Below, one piece after another: positions 20,812-30,064 of a stretch of DNA of 64,000 nt. Where the stretch lies: contig OZ241456.1 in assembly GCA_965200875.1 (NCBI GenBank), forward strand, positions 672,001 through 736,000, given 5' to 3'. Source of the stretch: Bdellovibrionales bacterium (GTDB taxonomy: Bacteria; Bdellovibrionota; Bdellovibrionia; Bdellovibrionales; UBA1609). The position numbers were made by a program, and so were the translations under genes. The notes under the pieces were generated by a model that did not search any database, was not told the DNA's origin, and worked only from the letters and a program-made list of their open reading frames with translations. Within the stretch, counting starts at the first letter, position 1; each line of letters begins with the position of its first letter.

Positions 20812-22209
20812 TTACAAAATATTGGCTGCCAATTCCGCCAATTCAGATCTTTCCCCCTTCGTAAGGGTAATATGAGCAGAAAGAGGAGCGAATTTGAATT
20901 TTTCCACAGAAAAAGTCAGCCCATTATTGGAGGAATCCACATAAGGATTATCAATCTGGTAACAATCACCTGTTAAAATCACTTTTGTTCCCTGGCCAGC
21001 TCTGGTTAACACTGTTTTTATCTCATGGGGAGTCAGGTTTTGTGCTTCGTCCACGATCAGGTATTGATTGGGAATACTTCGTCCACGAATATAAGCCAAC
21101 GGTTCGATATTAATCAGTCCCTGGTTTATTAAATCCTGAGCCAGACGAGAGGCTTTTTTCCCTAACCCCATTAAAAACTCCACGCTGTCAAATACAGGTT
21201 GCATCCAAGGATTCAATTTTTGCTCAATATCCCCTGGAAGATAACCAATATCTCTTCCCATAGGGAACACTGGACGCGAGACCAATAATTTTTGAAAAGA
21301 ACTTTCCTCCAGAGTTTTATACAAACCCACAGCCAAAGCCAAAAGAGTTTTTCCTGTTCCGGCTTTGCCGAGCAGAGACACAAACATAATATCGTCATTC
21401 ATTAAAGCATCTAAGGCAAAACGTTGCTCCCGATTTCTGGGATGCACCCCCCATATTGGATCGGAGGATTCATAAATATGGACAACACGCTTTTTTTTAT
21501 TATCATAGCGCCCCATCGCATTTTCTGGCCCATTATTCATTATCACATATTGATTCGGGTGCAATTTGTTGTTCAAAGTCAGCCAAAGCTTATCTGGATA
21601 CTTTTCATTCAAATTTTTAATATCATGAGATTTCTCGTTTTGAACCTCCTCCACAGAAAGAAACTTATCCTCCCGAAAAGTATTGATCTGTTGAGAATCC
21701 ACATTCAATCTGCAAACCCCAGTGTAAAGCTCTTCAAAACCTGGAGTTTGCTCAGGGTCATAATCTCTGGCAGGAATACCGAAAACATCAGCTTTTATTC
21801 TTAAATTAATATCTTTGGTAACCAGCTCCACACGGGCAGAGGAGTTTTGCTCTTTCAAATACAAGGCTGTGGCCAAAATGCGATGATCCACCTTGGATAA
21901 ATCCAATTCCGGAACGGAAGAAGAAATATCCATACAAATAAATAAATAAGATCCAGACTCCAGAGATACGCCTTCTTTTAAAGTGCCTTTATCACGCAAG
22001 TTATCCATAAAGCGATTAAACTGTCGCGCATTCCTACCTTTTTCACCCATATCTCTTTTAAAGGTGTCAATCTCCTCTAAAACAGAAAAAGGAATATAAA
22101 TATCTGATGAGCTAAAAGTGTTAAATGCCAAAGCGTCATAAAGAAGAGCACTGGTATCCAATACAACTTTTCGATCAAATTTTCCTCGCTCAAAAATATT
22201 TTTTTCCAT
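20812..22209 (-). CDS. PIN-PhoH (PhoH2) ATPase/RNase
   Basis: VLDTSALL PIN motif, GKAGTGKT, YIRGRSI, DEAQN. Confidence 0.93.
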   Translation of the reverse strand: MEKNIFERGKFDRKVVLDTSALLYDALAFNTFSSSDIYIPFSVLEEIDTFKRDMGEKGRNARQFNRFMDNLRDKGTLKEGVSLESGSYLFICMDISSSVPELDLSKVDHRILATALYLKEQNSSARVELVTKDINLRIKADVFGIPARDYDPEQTPGFEELYTGVCRLNVDSQQINTFREDKFLSVEEVQNEKSHDIKNLNEKYPDKLWLTLNNKLHPNQYVIMNNGPENAMGRYDNKKKRVVHIYESSDPIWGVHPRNREQRFALDALMNDDIMFVSLLGKAGTGKTLLALAVGLYKTLEESSFQKLLVSRPVFPMGRDIGYLPGDIEQKLNPWMQPVFDSVEFLMGLGKKASRLAQDLINQGLINIEPLAYIRGRSIPNQYLIVDEAQNLTPHEIKTVLTRAGQGTKVILTGDCYQIDNPYVDSSNNGLTFSVEKFKFAPLSAHITLTKGERSELAELAANIL

Positions 22210-22238
22210 GCTTGGATATACTCTTTTTAATAATGTTA

Positions 22239-23417
22239 TTATAAAGATGCGAAAACTCTATTACGTCCTGAGGTTTTGGATTTATAAAGAAGCTTATCCG
22301 CTCTTGCATACATACTCTTCCAATATTTATCTCTACTTACCTGACAAGTCACTCCTGCGGAAATGGTTACCTTTATTTCCTGCTTATTATACTGGAATAC
22401 ATGTTTTTCCAGCTTTTTGCGAGCGGTTTCTATCGCGTTTTCCGCCCTGTCCACTAAACTCTGCACGATAATACAGAACTCCTCACCTCCACAGCGGATG
22501 AATAGATCATTGGAGCGAAAACAAGTTTGAATCAAGGCAACCACTTCTTTTAAAATAAAATCCCCTGCCAAATGTCCATAAGTATCGTTCACCTTCTTAA
22601 AATGATCTATATCGAACATAATTAAAGATAGAGGTGTTCTGCTTTTTTTACATTGTACAAAAAGCTCTTTTGCTCTTCTATCAAGCATAAATTTATTACC
22701 CACTCCCGTTAGAGGATCACGGAAAGCTTTTTCAAAGTTTTCTTTTAGGGCAATAATTTCAGGGTTACCTCTATCTAAAAATTTAAACACTATATTGCCA
22801 AGCTTTAATTTGCTATTATCTTTCAGCTGAGTTTCATTACCAGCACCAAGAAGCTTGCCATTAATAAATGTGCCATTAGTGGAATGTTGATCTTCAATAA
22901 AAATTCCAGACCCTTTCACATGGAAATACAGATGTTTCTTGCTGATAGACAGATCCTGTATAGGAATATCACAGTTCCGATTACGGCCAATGCTTATATT
23001 TGTTTTGTCACTAACAATCCAATATCTCCCTACCAGCTCATCTGGACCTAAAAGACACACAATATAGGCAGACATGGCATGATTTTGCTGATCCTGCTCC
23101 AACATATACAAAGGACTATCCACCACTACTGTTTCAGAGGATTCCATAATTCCTGAATTAGACGACACTCCTGATACTCTCGAATTGGACGACACTCCCG
23201 ACACTCCTGAATTGGATGACATTCCTGTATGAAACCCAGAGTTTTTCTGGCTGAGTTCCAAGTGTTTCTCCTTGTGGTTATTGGATTTTTCCATATTATC
23301 TTGATCGTTTTTAGGCTTTTTTTCAAAAGAAAAGTGCGTTTTTGCTTTTTTTTGTGGTAAAGAAATATCTGCTATTTCCAGAAGCTCTTTCTTTTTTGCG
23401 TTTATTTTTGCGTTCAT
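22239..23417 (-). CDS. FHA-GGDEF diguanylate cyclase (Bdellovibrio DgcB-like)
   Basis: FHA motifs GR, SKKH, STNGT; DIDHFKKVNDTYGH, RxxD I-site, GGEEF. Confidence 0.9.
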   Translation of the reverse strand: MNAKINAKKKELLEIADISLPQKKAKTHFSFEKKPKNDQDNMEKSNNHKEKHLELSQKNSGFHTGMSSNSGVSGVSSNSRVSGVSSNSGIMESSETVVVDSPLYMLEQDQQNHAMSAYIVCLLGPDELVGRYWIVSDKTNISIGRNRNCDIPIQDLSISKKHLYFHVKGSGIFIEDQHSTNGTFINGKLLGAGNETQLKDNSKLKLGNIVFKFLDRGNPEIIALKENFEKAFRDPLTGVGNKFMLDRRAKELFVQCKKSRTPLSLIMFDIDHFKKVNDTYGHLAGDFILKEVVALIQTCFRSNDLFIRCGGEEFCIIVQSLVDRAENAIETARKKLEKHVFQYNKQEIKVTISAGVTCQVSRDKYWKSMYARADKLLYKSKTSGRNRVFASL

Positions 23418-23443
23418 TTACATTTCCTGTGCTTTTTTGATAA

Positions 23444-24622
23444 TTATTCTTTTTCCTCTTCGGCTGTTGCTTCTTCCGGTTTCGCCTGTGTAAACTGTTG
23501 TGTCTGTGCCTCTTGAGGCATATTCCCCCCTTTTGCAACATTCAAAATCATTTGTAAGCCACGAATCACATTTCTGTTTTGACTTCTATATCCTTCTAGC
23601 TTGTTTGATATTTCATTATGCTTGCTTTTTTGAGTATCCGAGTCCATTTTCATTCTGTCAATTTGGCGTTTTAAGTCTAAAATATATTGATCTTTCTCCC
23701 TTGCCAATGTCTGACTATCTAACTTCATTAACTCCAGACGATTTTCCAATTCTCTCTCCCTCACCCGAATCTGCTGAATGTTGCTGAATAGCCTTTTTTC
23801 CAGTTCCTTGTTTTTTACAGTCATTTTTTCAATTTCCAGTGTCTGACTGTTCAAGGTATCCAATAAAGCCCTTTTTTCCTGTTGAAACTCTTCACGACTT
23901 TCCTCATAAGTTCTTTTCAGGTTATCATTCTGCACTATAATTTTGTCTAAACGTTCCCGAAAAATATCACCAGTCGCTATAAGATCCTCATTTTCCATTC
24001 TCAGCCTTTCAATTTCTGTTTCCAGTGCGACAATACGATCCTGAGCCACTCTGAGATTTTCCGATTGTTGTAAAGTAATACGCATGGGAATTTTATTTTG
24101 TGTAACTACATTTTCATATATGGCTTTTGCATTCTCGCTCTGCATATTCTGCGAAACCTGTGCCTTCTCCACACTCTGCATAGTCTGTAAAACCTGCGTA
24201 TTTTTTAATGGTTTCCTCTCTTTTTTTTCAAAATTAACAGGATTTTCCTCAAATTTAAGTTTCCTAGAATCAATAGCTTTTTTATTTGCTACAAATTGGT
24301 TTTCTTGAGGTTTTTCCCTCTCCTTTTCGTGGGATTTCAAAGCTGTTTTTTCTTTCAGAAGCTCTTTTTTGTTCTTTTTCTTTAGTTTTCCAGCAAATTT
24401 AACAGCTTTTTTTTGCGGGGCTTTTTGTTTATTGTCTTCCTCGACTTTATGAGGATCAAAGTAAATCAAACTCTCCAAGTTCTGATTTTGCGCTTTTTGC
24501 TCAGAGGCAAGGTTCTCATTTACCAAATCAGAAATAAAAAAATCTGAAGATGAGGAGACTATTTCCTCATTTAATTCATCCATGACACTCTCAATAACTG
24601 AAACTTTATCTTTTTTGCCCAT
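23444..24622 (-). CDS. Coiled-coil hypothetical protein
   Basis: 392-aa ORF with long E/K/Q/R heptad C-terminal half. Confidence 0.75.
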   Translation of the reverse strand: MGKKDKVSVIESVMDELNEEIVSSSSDFFISDLVNENLASEQKAQNQNLESLIYFDPHKVEEDNKQKAPQKKAVKFAGKLKKKNKKELLKEKTALKSHEKEREKPQENQFVANKKAIDSRKLKFEENPVNFEKKERKPLKNTQVLQTMQSVEKAQVSQNMQSENAKAIYENVVTQNKIPMRITLQQSENLRVAQDRIVALETEIERLRMENEDLIATGDIFRERLDKIIVQNDNLKRTYEESREEFQQEKRALLDTLNSQTLEIEKMTVKNKELEKRLFSNIQQIRVRERELENRLELMKLDSQTLAREKDQYILDLKRQIDRMKMDSDTQKSKHNEISNKLEGYRSQNRNVIRGLQMILNVAKGGNMPQEAQTQQFTQAKPEEATAEEEKE

Positions 24623-24692
24623 AAATTATCATCTCCAATCCCTAAAACAAAAAAACCGTGAATAAAGGTTTTTTTCAGGACTACTATATAAT

Positions 24693-24719
24693 TTATCGGA
24701 AATCCGCTGAATTTCTTAA
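24693..24719 (-). promoter_or_regulatory. FliA/sigma28 promoter
   Basis: TTAA-N15-TCCGATAA upstream of the coiled-coil/DGC/PhoH genes. Confidence 0.65.
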
Positions 24720-24978
24720 AAATAGAGGGAGGTTTTTGGAGCCTTAACGCTTTCACTGGCAATTTTTTTGAATTACAGACTTTCAAAAAAGCTATTTTTG
24801 CCTTATTTTTACGCTGATTTGATTTTTTACAGACAAAATGCGTAAAACATAAAACATGAAGATTGACAGTGTATAAATTCATTGCTGATATTTAAACCTA
24901 ACAGGTGAGAAACTCCTTCTCAGGATATCCGTCCAAGGAAGGAAACAGCCCAGTGCTGGCTGGAAAAATTCAAACTAA

Positions 24979-26301
24979 ATGAGTATAAAAGAAATTTTCA
25001 AAGGTAGTCCTGTGGTACATGGTGAAGACGAAATTCTACAACATCCCCTATATAAAAATGTTCTTTATGAATTGGAAAGAGCTGGAAAACACATTGGCAT
25101 CAACAGAAATGTGATGGAAAGGCTAAAACTGCCCCGTAGATCCATTCGTGTTTCCATACCGGTGCGCATGGATAATGATCGGGTACAGGTTTTCAACGGC
25201 TATAGAGTTCAACACAATCACACTCTTGGGCCTTTTAAAGGGGGGATTCGTTATCATCCTGGTGTAAATATTGGCGAAGTGGCTGCATTAGCCGCCCTGA
25301 TGACTTATAAAAATTCTCTTTTAAATCTTCCTCTGGGAGGAGCTAAAGGGGGTGTTCAGCTGGATCCTTCAGCAATGTCAAAAGCGGAACTAGAAGCTTT
25401 AACCCGGCGTTTTACTTCTGAATTAAGCCCTTTTATTGGTCCTGACAAGGATATTCCCGCGCCAGATGTGGGCACTGACTCAGAAACAATGGCTTGGATG
25501 CTGGACACTTATTCCCTAGAGTCTGGCTTTTCACAGACAGGAGTGGTAACAGGAAAACCCGTTGAGATTGGTGGTTCAAAAGGGAGAAGTTGCGCCACAG
25601 GATTAGGAGTGGTTTATACTTTGGAAAAAGCATTGGAAGTTCAGAATAAAAACATCAGTGAAGCTACCATAGCTGTACAGGGATTTGGAAAAGTGGGTCT
25701 GCATGCCTGTGTGGAAGCACATGCTTTGGGCGCACGAGTGGTGGCTGTAAGTGATCGCTCTGGAGGTGTTTTCAACCCGAAAGGGCTTAACATAACAGAT
25801 TTGATCAGTCATCTGAGAGAAAATCGCTTTATCAAGGGGTACTCAAAAGGGACAGCTATTTCCAATGAAGAGCTTTTGACACTGGAGGTGGACGCGTTGA
25901 TTCCTTGTGCTTTGGATGGAGTCATCAACAAGAACAACATGAAACACATAAAAGCACCGATGATTGTGGAGGGAGCAAATGGTCCCACCACTCCTTCAGC
26001 CAGTGAATATCTTATTAATCATGATGTGCTGATTGTCCCGGATATTCTCGCTAATGGAGGGGGAGTAGTGGTCAGTTACTTCGAATGGGTGCAGGACATT
26101 GGCTGGCTTTTTTGGACAGAAAAGCAGGTGAGGGATAAACTAAGGGACATTATGTTTATGTCTTTTGACAAAGTATGGGATTTTGCAGAAGAATACCCCA
26201 CTAAAGATGTGGGAAAATATAGAGATTTGCGCCTTTCTGCAATGGGAGTATCTCTTATGCGTTTGGAAAAAGCTATGAAACTAAGAGGGCAAGCTTGGTA
26301 A
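24979..26301 (+). CDS. gdhA: Glutamate dehydrogenase (Glu/Leu/Phe/Val family)
   Basis: GPFKGGIR, GGAKGG, DIPAPDVGT, QGFGKVG, EGANGP. Confidence 0.92.
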   Translation: MSIKEIFKGSPVVHGEDEILQHPLYKNVLYELERAGKHIGINRNVMERLKLPRRSIRVSIPVRMDNDRVQVFNGYRVQHNHTLGPFKGGIRYHPGVNIGEVAALAALMTYKNSLLNLPLGGAKGGVQLDPSAMSKAELEALTRRFTSELSPFIGPDKDIPAPDVGTDSETMAWMLDTYSLESGFSQTGVVTGKPVEIGGSKGRSCATGLGVVYTLEKALEVQNKNISEATIAVQGFGKVGLHACVEAHALGARVVAVSDRSGGVFNPKGLNITDLISHLRENRFIKGYSKGTAISNEELLTLEVDALIPCALDGVINKNNMKHIKAPMIVEGANGPTTPSASEYLINHDVLIVPDILANGGGVVVSYFEWVQDIGWLFWTEKQVRDKLRDIMFMSFDKVWDFAEEYPTKDVGKYRDLRLSAMGVSLMRLEKAMKLRGQAW

Positions 26302-27290
26302 AATATTTACCCTCCACTTTGGCTCATTACATGGCTGATGCCTTGTTATCTTTGTGTTCCAAAACAACAGGAAATAAAAAACCTCCTGAGTGGCGACCTG
26401 TGTATTGGAAAAACCTTTATTTTCCAAACCCTCTGGCTCCAGCGGGGGGTGTAGATAAATCCGCAAAACACTTGAAGATATGGTGGGCTTTGGGAGCTGG
26501 TTTTATTGAAATAGGAACTATTACACCTTTGCCCCAAAAAAAGAATCCAGGGCCTACACTAAAAAAAAACTGGGAGGAAAAAATTTTATGGAATTATTTG
26601 GGTTTTCCTGGGCAGGGGGCAGAAACAGTAAAAAAAAGACTGAAAAAACTACAAAACTTCCGCCCTACGCCTGTTTTTGCCAATATTGGAAAAAATAGAA
26701 CTACTTCCAATGAAACAGCATATAAGGATTACCTGAAATGTATTTCCATACTACATCCTTATGTAGATGGATTTGTGATAAATATCAGTAGCCCCAACAC
26801 GAAAACCTTAAAAGATCTGGCGCATCCGCCGGTACTGCAAAAACTATTAAAGGCTATTAAAAAAAATCTATTTTCTCTGGAGCAACCAAAACCTTTTTTT
26901 ATCAAATGGAGTCCTGATATGAAAGAAAAGGAATTTTTAAAATCCCTAGATATAGCTTTAGAGGAAGGGGTGGATGGTCATATTATATGCAATACAAGTT
27001 TAAAAAGAGAAAAAGGCTTAACAGAAAATTTTCCTGAATATGGAGGAATATCTGGTTCTCCCTTGGCGGACATATCAAAAAAACGGCTAATTTTGGTGCA
27101 AAAACATTTGGGGTCAGAAAGAAAAAATCAGCTTATAATTTCTGTAGGGGGGGTGCTTAAACCCGAAGATGTTTTTGAAAGGCTTGATTTAGGGGCAGAT
27201 TTGGTGCAGACTTACTCTGCCTTGGTTTTTCGTGGTCCTTTTTTTCTTTATCGGGCATCTCAACGGGCATCTCAATCTGATAAACAATAA
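26295..27290 (+). CDS. pyrD: Quinone-dependent dihydroorotate dehydrogenase (class 2)
   Basis: NIGKN, NISSPNT, GGISG, SVGGV, VQTYSALVFRGP. Confidence 0.9.
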   Translation: MVKYLPSTLAHYMADALLSLCSKTTGNKKPPEWRPVYWKNLYFPNPLAPAGGVDKSAKHLKIWWALGAGFIEIGTITPLPQKKNPGPTLKKNWEEKILWNYLGFPGQGAETVKKRLKKLQNFRPTPVFANIGKNRTTSNETAYKDYLKCISILHPYVDGFVINISSPNTKTLKDLAHPPVLQKLLKAIKKNLFSLEQPKPFFIKWSPDMKEKEFLKSLDIALEEGVDGHIICNTSLKREKGLTENFPEYGGISGSPLADISKKRLILVQKHLGSERKNQLIISVGGVLKPEDVFERLDLGADLVQTYSALVFRGPFFLYRASQRASQSDKQ

Positions 27291-27387
27291 CCTGTTATTC
27301 CCCTCTTTGGATCGACCTTAAAAAAAAGCCTAGCAATTATCAATAAAAACCTTGTCAAATGAAAAATCTTATGAATAATGGCTACTA

Positions 27388-27696
27388 ATGGCTACTAAAA
27401 ACAAACCCCTTATTTTTACCAAATCTGATCTTATTCAAACCTTGTCGGAACAGAACAAAATCACAAAAGTAATGGCATCTCTCATTGTCAATAGTGTTTT
27501 GGATTCCATTACCAAAGCTCTTAAACAGGGAAATCGTGTGGAAGTACGGCATTTTGGCACTTTTGAAATAAGAACATACGGTTCTTACCAAGGGCGTAAC
27601 CCTCAAACCGGCGAAAAAATATTGGTAAAATCAAAAAAACTTCCTTTTTTCAAACCTGGAAAATTTAGAGAAAAAATCAATGACAGTAAACCTTAA
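27388..27696 (+). CDS. ihfB: Integration host factor/HU subunit (IHF-beta-like)
   Basis: TKSDLI, RVEVRHFGTF, GRNPQTGE, PFFKPGK. Confidence 0.85.
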   Translation: MATKNKPLIFTKSDLIQTLSEQNKITKVMASLIVNSVLDSITKALKQGNRVEVRHFGTFEIRTYGSYQGRNPQTGEKILVKSKKLPFFKPGKFREKINDSKP

Positions 27697-27805
27697 CATT
27701 TTTAATTAAATGGATTGTGAAGACACTTTAATCCCTAAGTTCGACATTCTTCTGTTATAGAGAGGTTATAGGTTTATCGACTAGACTATTTCAATTAAGT
27801 GTTTA

Positions 27806-27870
27806 TGAAGTAGTCCCCTGAAAGTAGGTGAACCCTCAAACAAGGATTTTTTAGAGGGGGCCTCATGCTT
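27806..27870 (+). mobile_element. Possible isolated IS3-family left end
   Basis: TGAAGTAGTCCCCTGAAAGT resembles IS3-type TG...CCCC..AAA ends; followed by SD and ATG, then cut off. Confidence 0.3.
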
Positions 27871-27871
27871 G

Positions 27872-28329
27872 TTAAATGAAAGCATCTCTGATTCTTAGTC
27901 ACTGTTATTAAGTTTTTTAATTTCTTCTTCGGAAAGTCCCGTGCCTTTGCAAAGAACCTGCAAATCCACACCATTTTTAAGTAATTTTAAAATCAGCTCT
28001 TTTTGACCTTGTTGCATACCCTGTTGCATACCCTGTTGCATACCCTGTTGCATGCCCTGTTGCATACCTTCTTGTCGCCCTTCCTCTTTAATGTGCTCTC
28101 TTATGTTCATATAACCTCCTTTTGAAAAAATACCTTTAATAACAGCCTCATGTTCCAACTTCTCCCATAATTCCTTTGTCATACCGGAAACAGACGACCA
28201 AAAATAATCTCCCACACTTAGTACTAAATCTTCTTTGTCACCAGTCCAGTTATCAAATAACGAAACTATCTCTTTCAATTCCTTCTCTTCTGCTTTGAAA
28301 GACCATACTTTTTTTAACGCACTTAAAAA
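27872..28329 (-). repeat. Imperfect tandem duplicate of the 3' part of the adjacent rpn gene
   Basis: Matches 28368-28897 except 6 fewer 12-bp repeats and several substitutions. Confidence 0.95.
27895..28110 (-). CDS. Stand-alone RpnS-like antitoxin copy, 71 aa
   Basis: AAGGAGGTTAT-ATG start retained; 5 MQQG repeats; nuclease motifs absent. Confidence 0.7.
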   Translation of the reverse strand: MNIREHIKEEGRQEGMQQGMQQGMQQGMQQGMQQGQKELILKLLKNGVDLQVLCKGTGLSEEEIKKLNNSD

Positions 28330-28390
28330 ACGAGGAAAATAAATTTAAAGAAAGTCTTTACTCCACCTTAAATGAAAGCATCTCTGATTC

Positions 28391-28678
28391 TTAGTTACTA
28401 TTATTAAGTTTTTTAATTTCTTCTTCGGAAAGTCCCGTGCTTTTGCAAAGCACCTGCAAATCCACCCCACTTTTAAGTAATTTTAAAATCAGCTCTTTTT
28501 GACCCTGTTGCATACCCTGTTGCATACCCTGTTGCATACCCTGTTGCATGCCCTGTTGCATACCCTGTTGCATACCCTGTTGCATACCCTGTTGCATACC
28601 TTGTTGCATACCCTGTTGCATACCCTGTTGCATACCTTCTTGTCGCCCTTCCTCTTTAATGTGCTCTCTTATGTTCAT
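28391..28678 (-). CDS. Putative intragenic RpnS-like antitoxin, 95 aa
   Basis: Strong internal SD AAGGAGGT before in-frame ATG 28678. Confidence 0.75.
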   Translation of the reverse strand: MNIREHIKEEGRQEGMQQGMQQGMQQGMQQGMQQGMQQGMQQGMQQGMQQGMQQGMQQGQKELILKLLKSGVDLQVLCKSTGLSEEEIKKLNNSN

Positions 28679-29446
28679 ATAACCTCCTTTTGAAAAAATA
28701 CCTTTAATAACAGCCTCATGTTCCAACTTCTCCCATAATTCCTTTGTCATACCGGAAACAGACGACCAAAAATAATCTCCCACACTTAGTACTAAATCTT
28801 CTTTGTCACCAGTCCAGTTATCAAATAACGAAACTATCTCTTTCAATTCCTTCTCTTCTGCTTTGAAAGACCATACTTTCTTTAACGCACTTAAAAAGCC
28901 ACGACTCTTAAAATTTTTGTCACAAATGGCTTTCTCTACTTTTGGATCATTGGTGTCTAAAACCCTTATCCCATAATCTAACATATCCTTTTCCAAAGAA
29001 GAAGGAATTTCCGGTAAAATACGCCCCCAAAGTCCTTTTTTGAATGATTTTGCCCACTTCCAAGGTTCTTTCCCATGATAAAATACACTAGCTATCACAA
29101 GGCAATCATCCTCTGCTTTCTCCAGACTCTTACCTATAATAAGGGTTTTGTATTTAAGAACCTGATGATACATTCGGCGACTGAAACGAGACTTATGTTC
29201 TAAAAGCAAGAAAAGCTTTGCTTTCTTCTTAGGCTGATTTTTAAGCGGAACGGAAAAAACCAAGTCTGCCCTTAAATCCTGAAAGCTGTCTTTTTCAGCC
29301 TTGAGGTTTTCCCAGTCAAAGATGGCAAACTCCTCTTCAGAAAGAACTAGCTGAAATAACTCCTTAGCAAAGCAGGGATTGGAATAGCACGCTTTAAAAA
29401 ATATATCGTGATGCCCGACAGGTAATTTTTTTGTTGTTTTTGTCAT
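28391..29446 (-). CDS. Rpn/YhgA-family PD-(D/E)xK nuclease
   Basis: HDIFFK, RADLVFS, LLLEHKS, VFYHG..PW; 11 MQQG repeats. Confidence 0.92.
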   Translation of the reverse strand: MTKTTKKLPVGHHDIFFKACYSNPCFAKELFQLVLSEEEFAIFDWENLKAEKDSFQDLRADLVFSVPLKNQPKKKAKLFLLLEHKSRFSRRMYHQVLKYKTLIIGKSLEKAEDDCLVIASVFYHGKEPWKWAKSFKKGLWGRILPEIPSSLEKDMLDYGIRVLDTNDPKVEKAICDKNFKSRGFLSALKKVWSFKAEEKELKEIVSLFDNWTGDKEDLVLSVGDYFWSSVSGMTKELWEKLEHEAVIKGIFSKGGYMNIREHIKEEGRQEGMQQGMQQGMQQGMQQGMQQGMQQGMQQGMQQGMQQGMQQGMQQGQKELILKLLKSGVDLQVLCKSTGLSEEEIKKLNNSN

Positions 29447-29585
29447 ATAAAACCTCAGAGTGAAGATAATATTTCTTATATCTTAAAGGTGTTTTTTTTT
29501 TAATACAATATTTAACTTTGTGTATGAGCAAACAGCTTTTTACATACTTCATTTTGCCGTAAAACGTTGTTCAGCCCCACATCAC

Positions 29586-29733
29586 TTTCTAAGCTACCTG
29601 TGCGACAGTAAACATTGCAAAATGGATCATCTCCCATTTCCCGACTTTCTAAGCTACCTGTGCGACAGTAAACATTGCAAAATGGATCATCTCCCATTTC
29701 CCGACTTTCTAAGCTACCTGTGCGACAGTAAAC
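29586..29733 (-). CRISPR. Orphan type I-F-like mini-array: 3 repeats, 2 identical 32-nt spacers
   Basis: 28-nt repeat GTTTACTGTCGCACAGGTAGCTTAGAAA at 29586, 29646, 29706 (I-F consensus GTTCACTGCC-N5-GGCAGCT-AGAAA); spacer GTCGGGAAATGGGAGATGATCCATTTTGCAAT. Confidence 0.88.
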
Positions 29734-29935
29734 GTATCATTATATAGCTAATCTTGTGGATGATAAAATTGATCCTTTGAGAAGGGATTTATCTACAGTA
29801 AAGGAAAGTTTGGTCAGTACGCTCTTGAGGTAGCAAAGTATGGAGCTGATCCATACGGGCTTAGGATTGTGAGTAATCACAAAGTGAAAAAACATATAAA
29901 AAAATTGCTCCGGAAATATTCAAGACTTCTTGGAT

Positions 29936-29963
29936 TTGACAAATTTAGAAACAATGGTATTAT
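29936..29963 (+). promoter_or_regulatory. sigma70-type promoter
   Basis: TTGACA-N16-TATTAT with TGG extended -10. Confidence 0.55.
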
Positions 29964-30064
29964 TAAAAAATAGCACGGCTTAATCTCCCGTGTGTCTCCC
30001 CGGTTTCCGGGCAAGCATAAAGTAGATTCTTAAGTCCCATATTCTGGGAGAAAGGAAATGCTTT

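Noticed and set aside
24895..24965. Two hairpins upstream of gdh as a riboswitch
   Set aside because: Lacks glycine, c-di-GMP or SAM consensus motifs that I can recognise
29512..29585. Fourth degenerate CRISPR repeat
   Set aside because: Weak similarity and wrong spacing (~51 nt)
29734..29767. Misassembly through a spacer into its phage protospacer
   Set aside because: No CC PAM at the expected position; cannot be supported without reads
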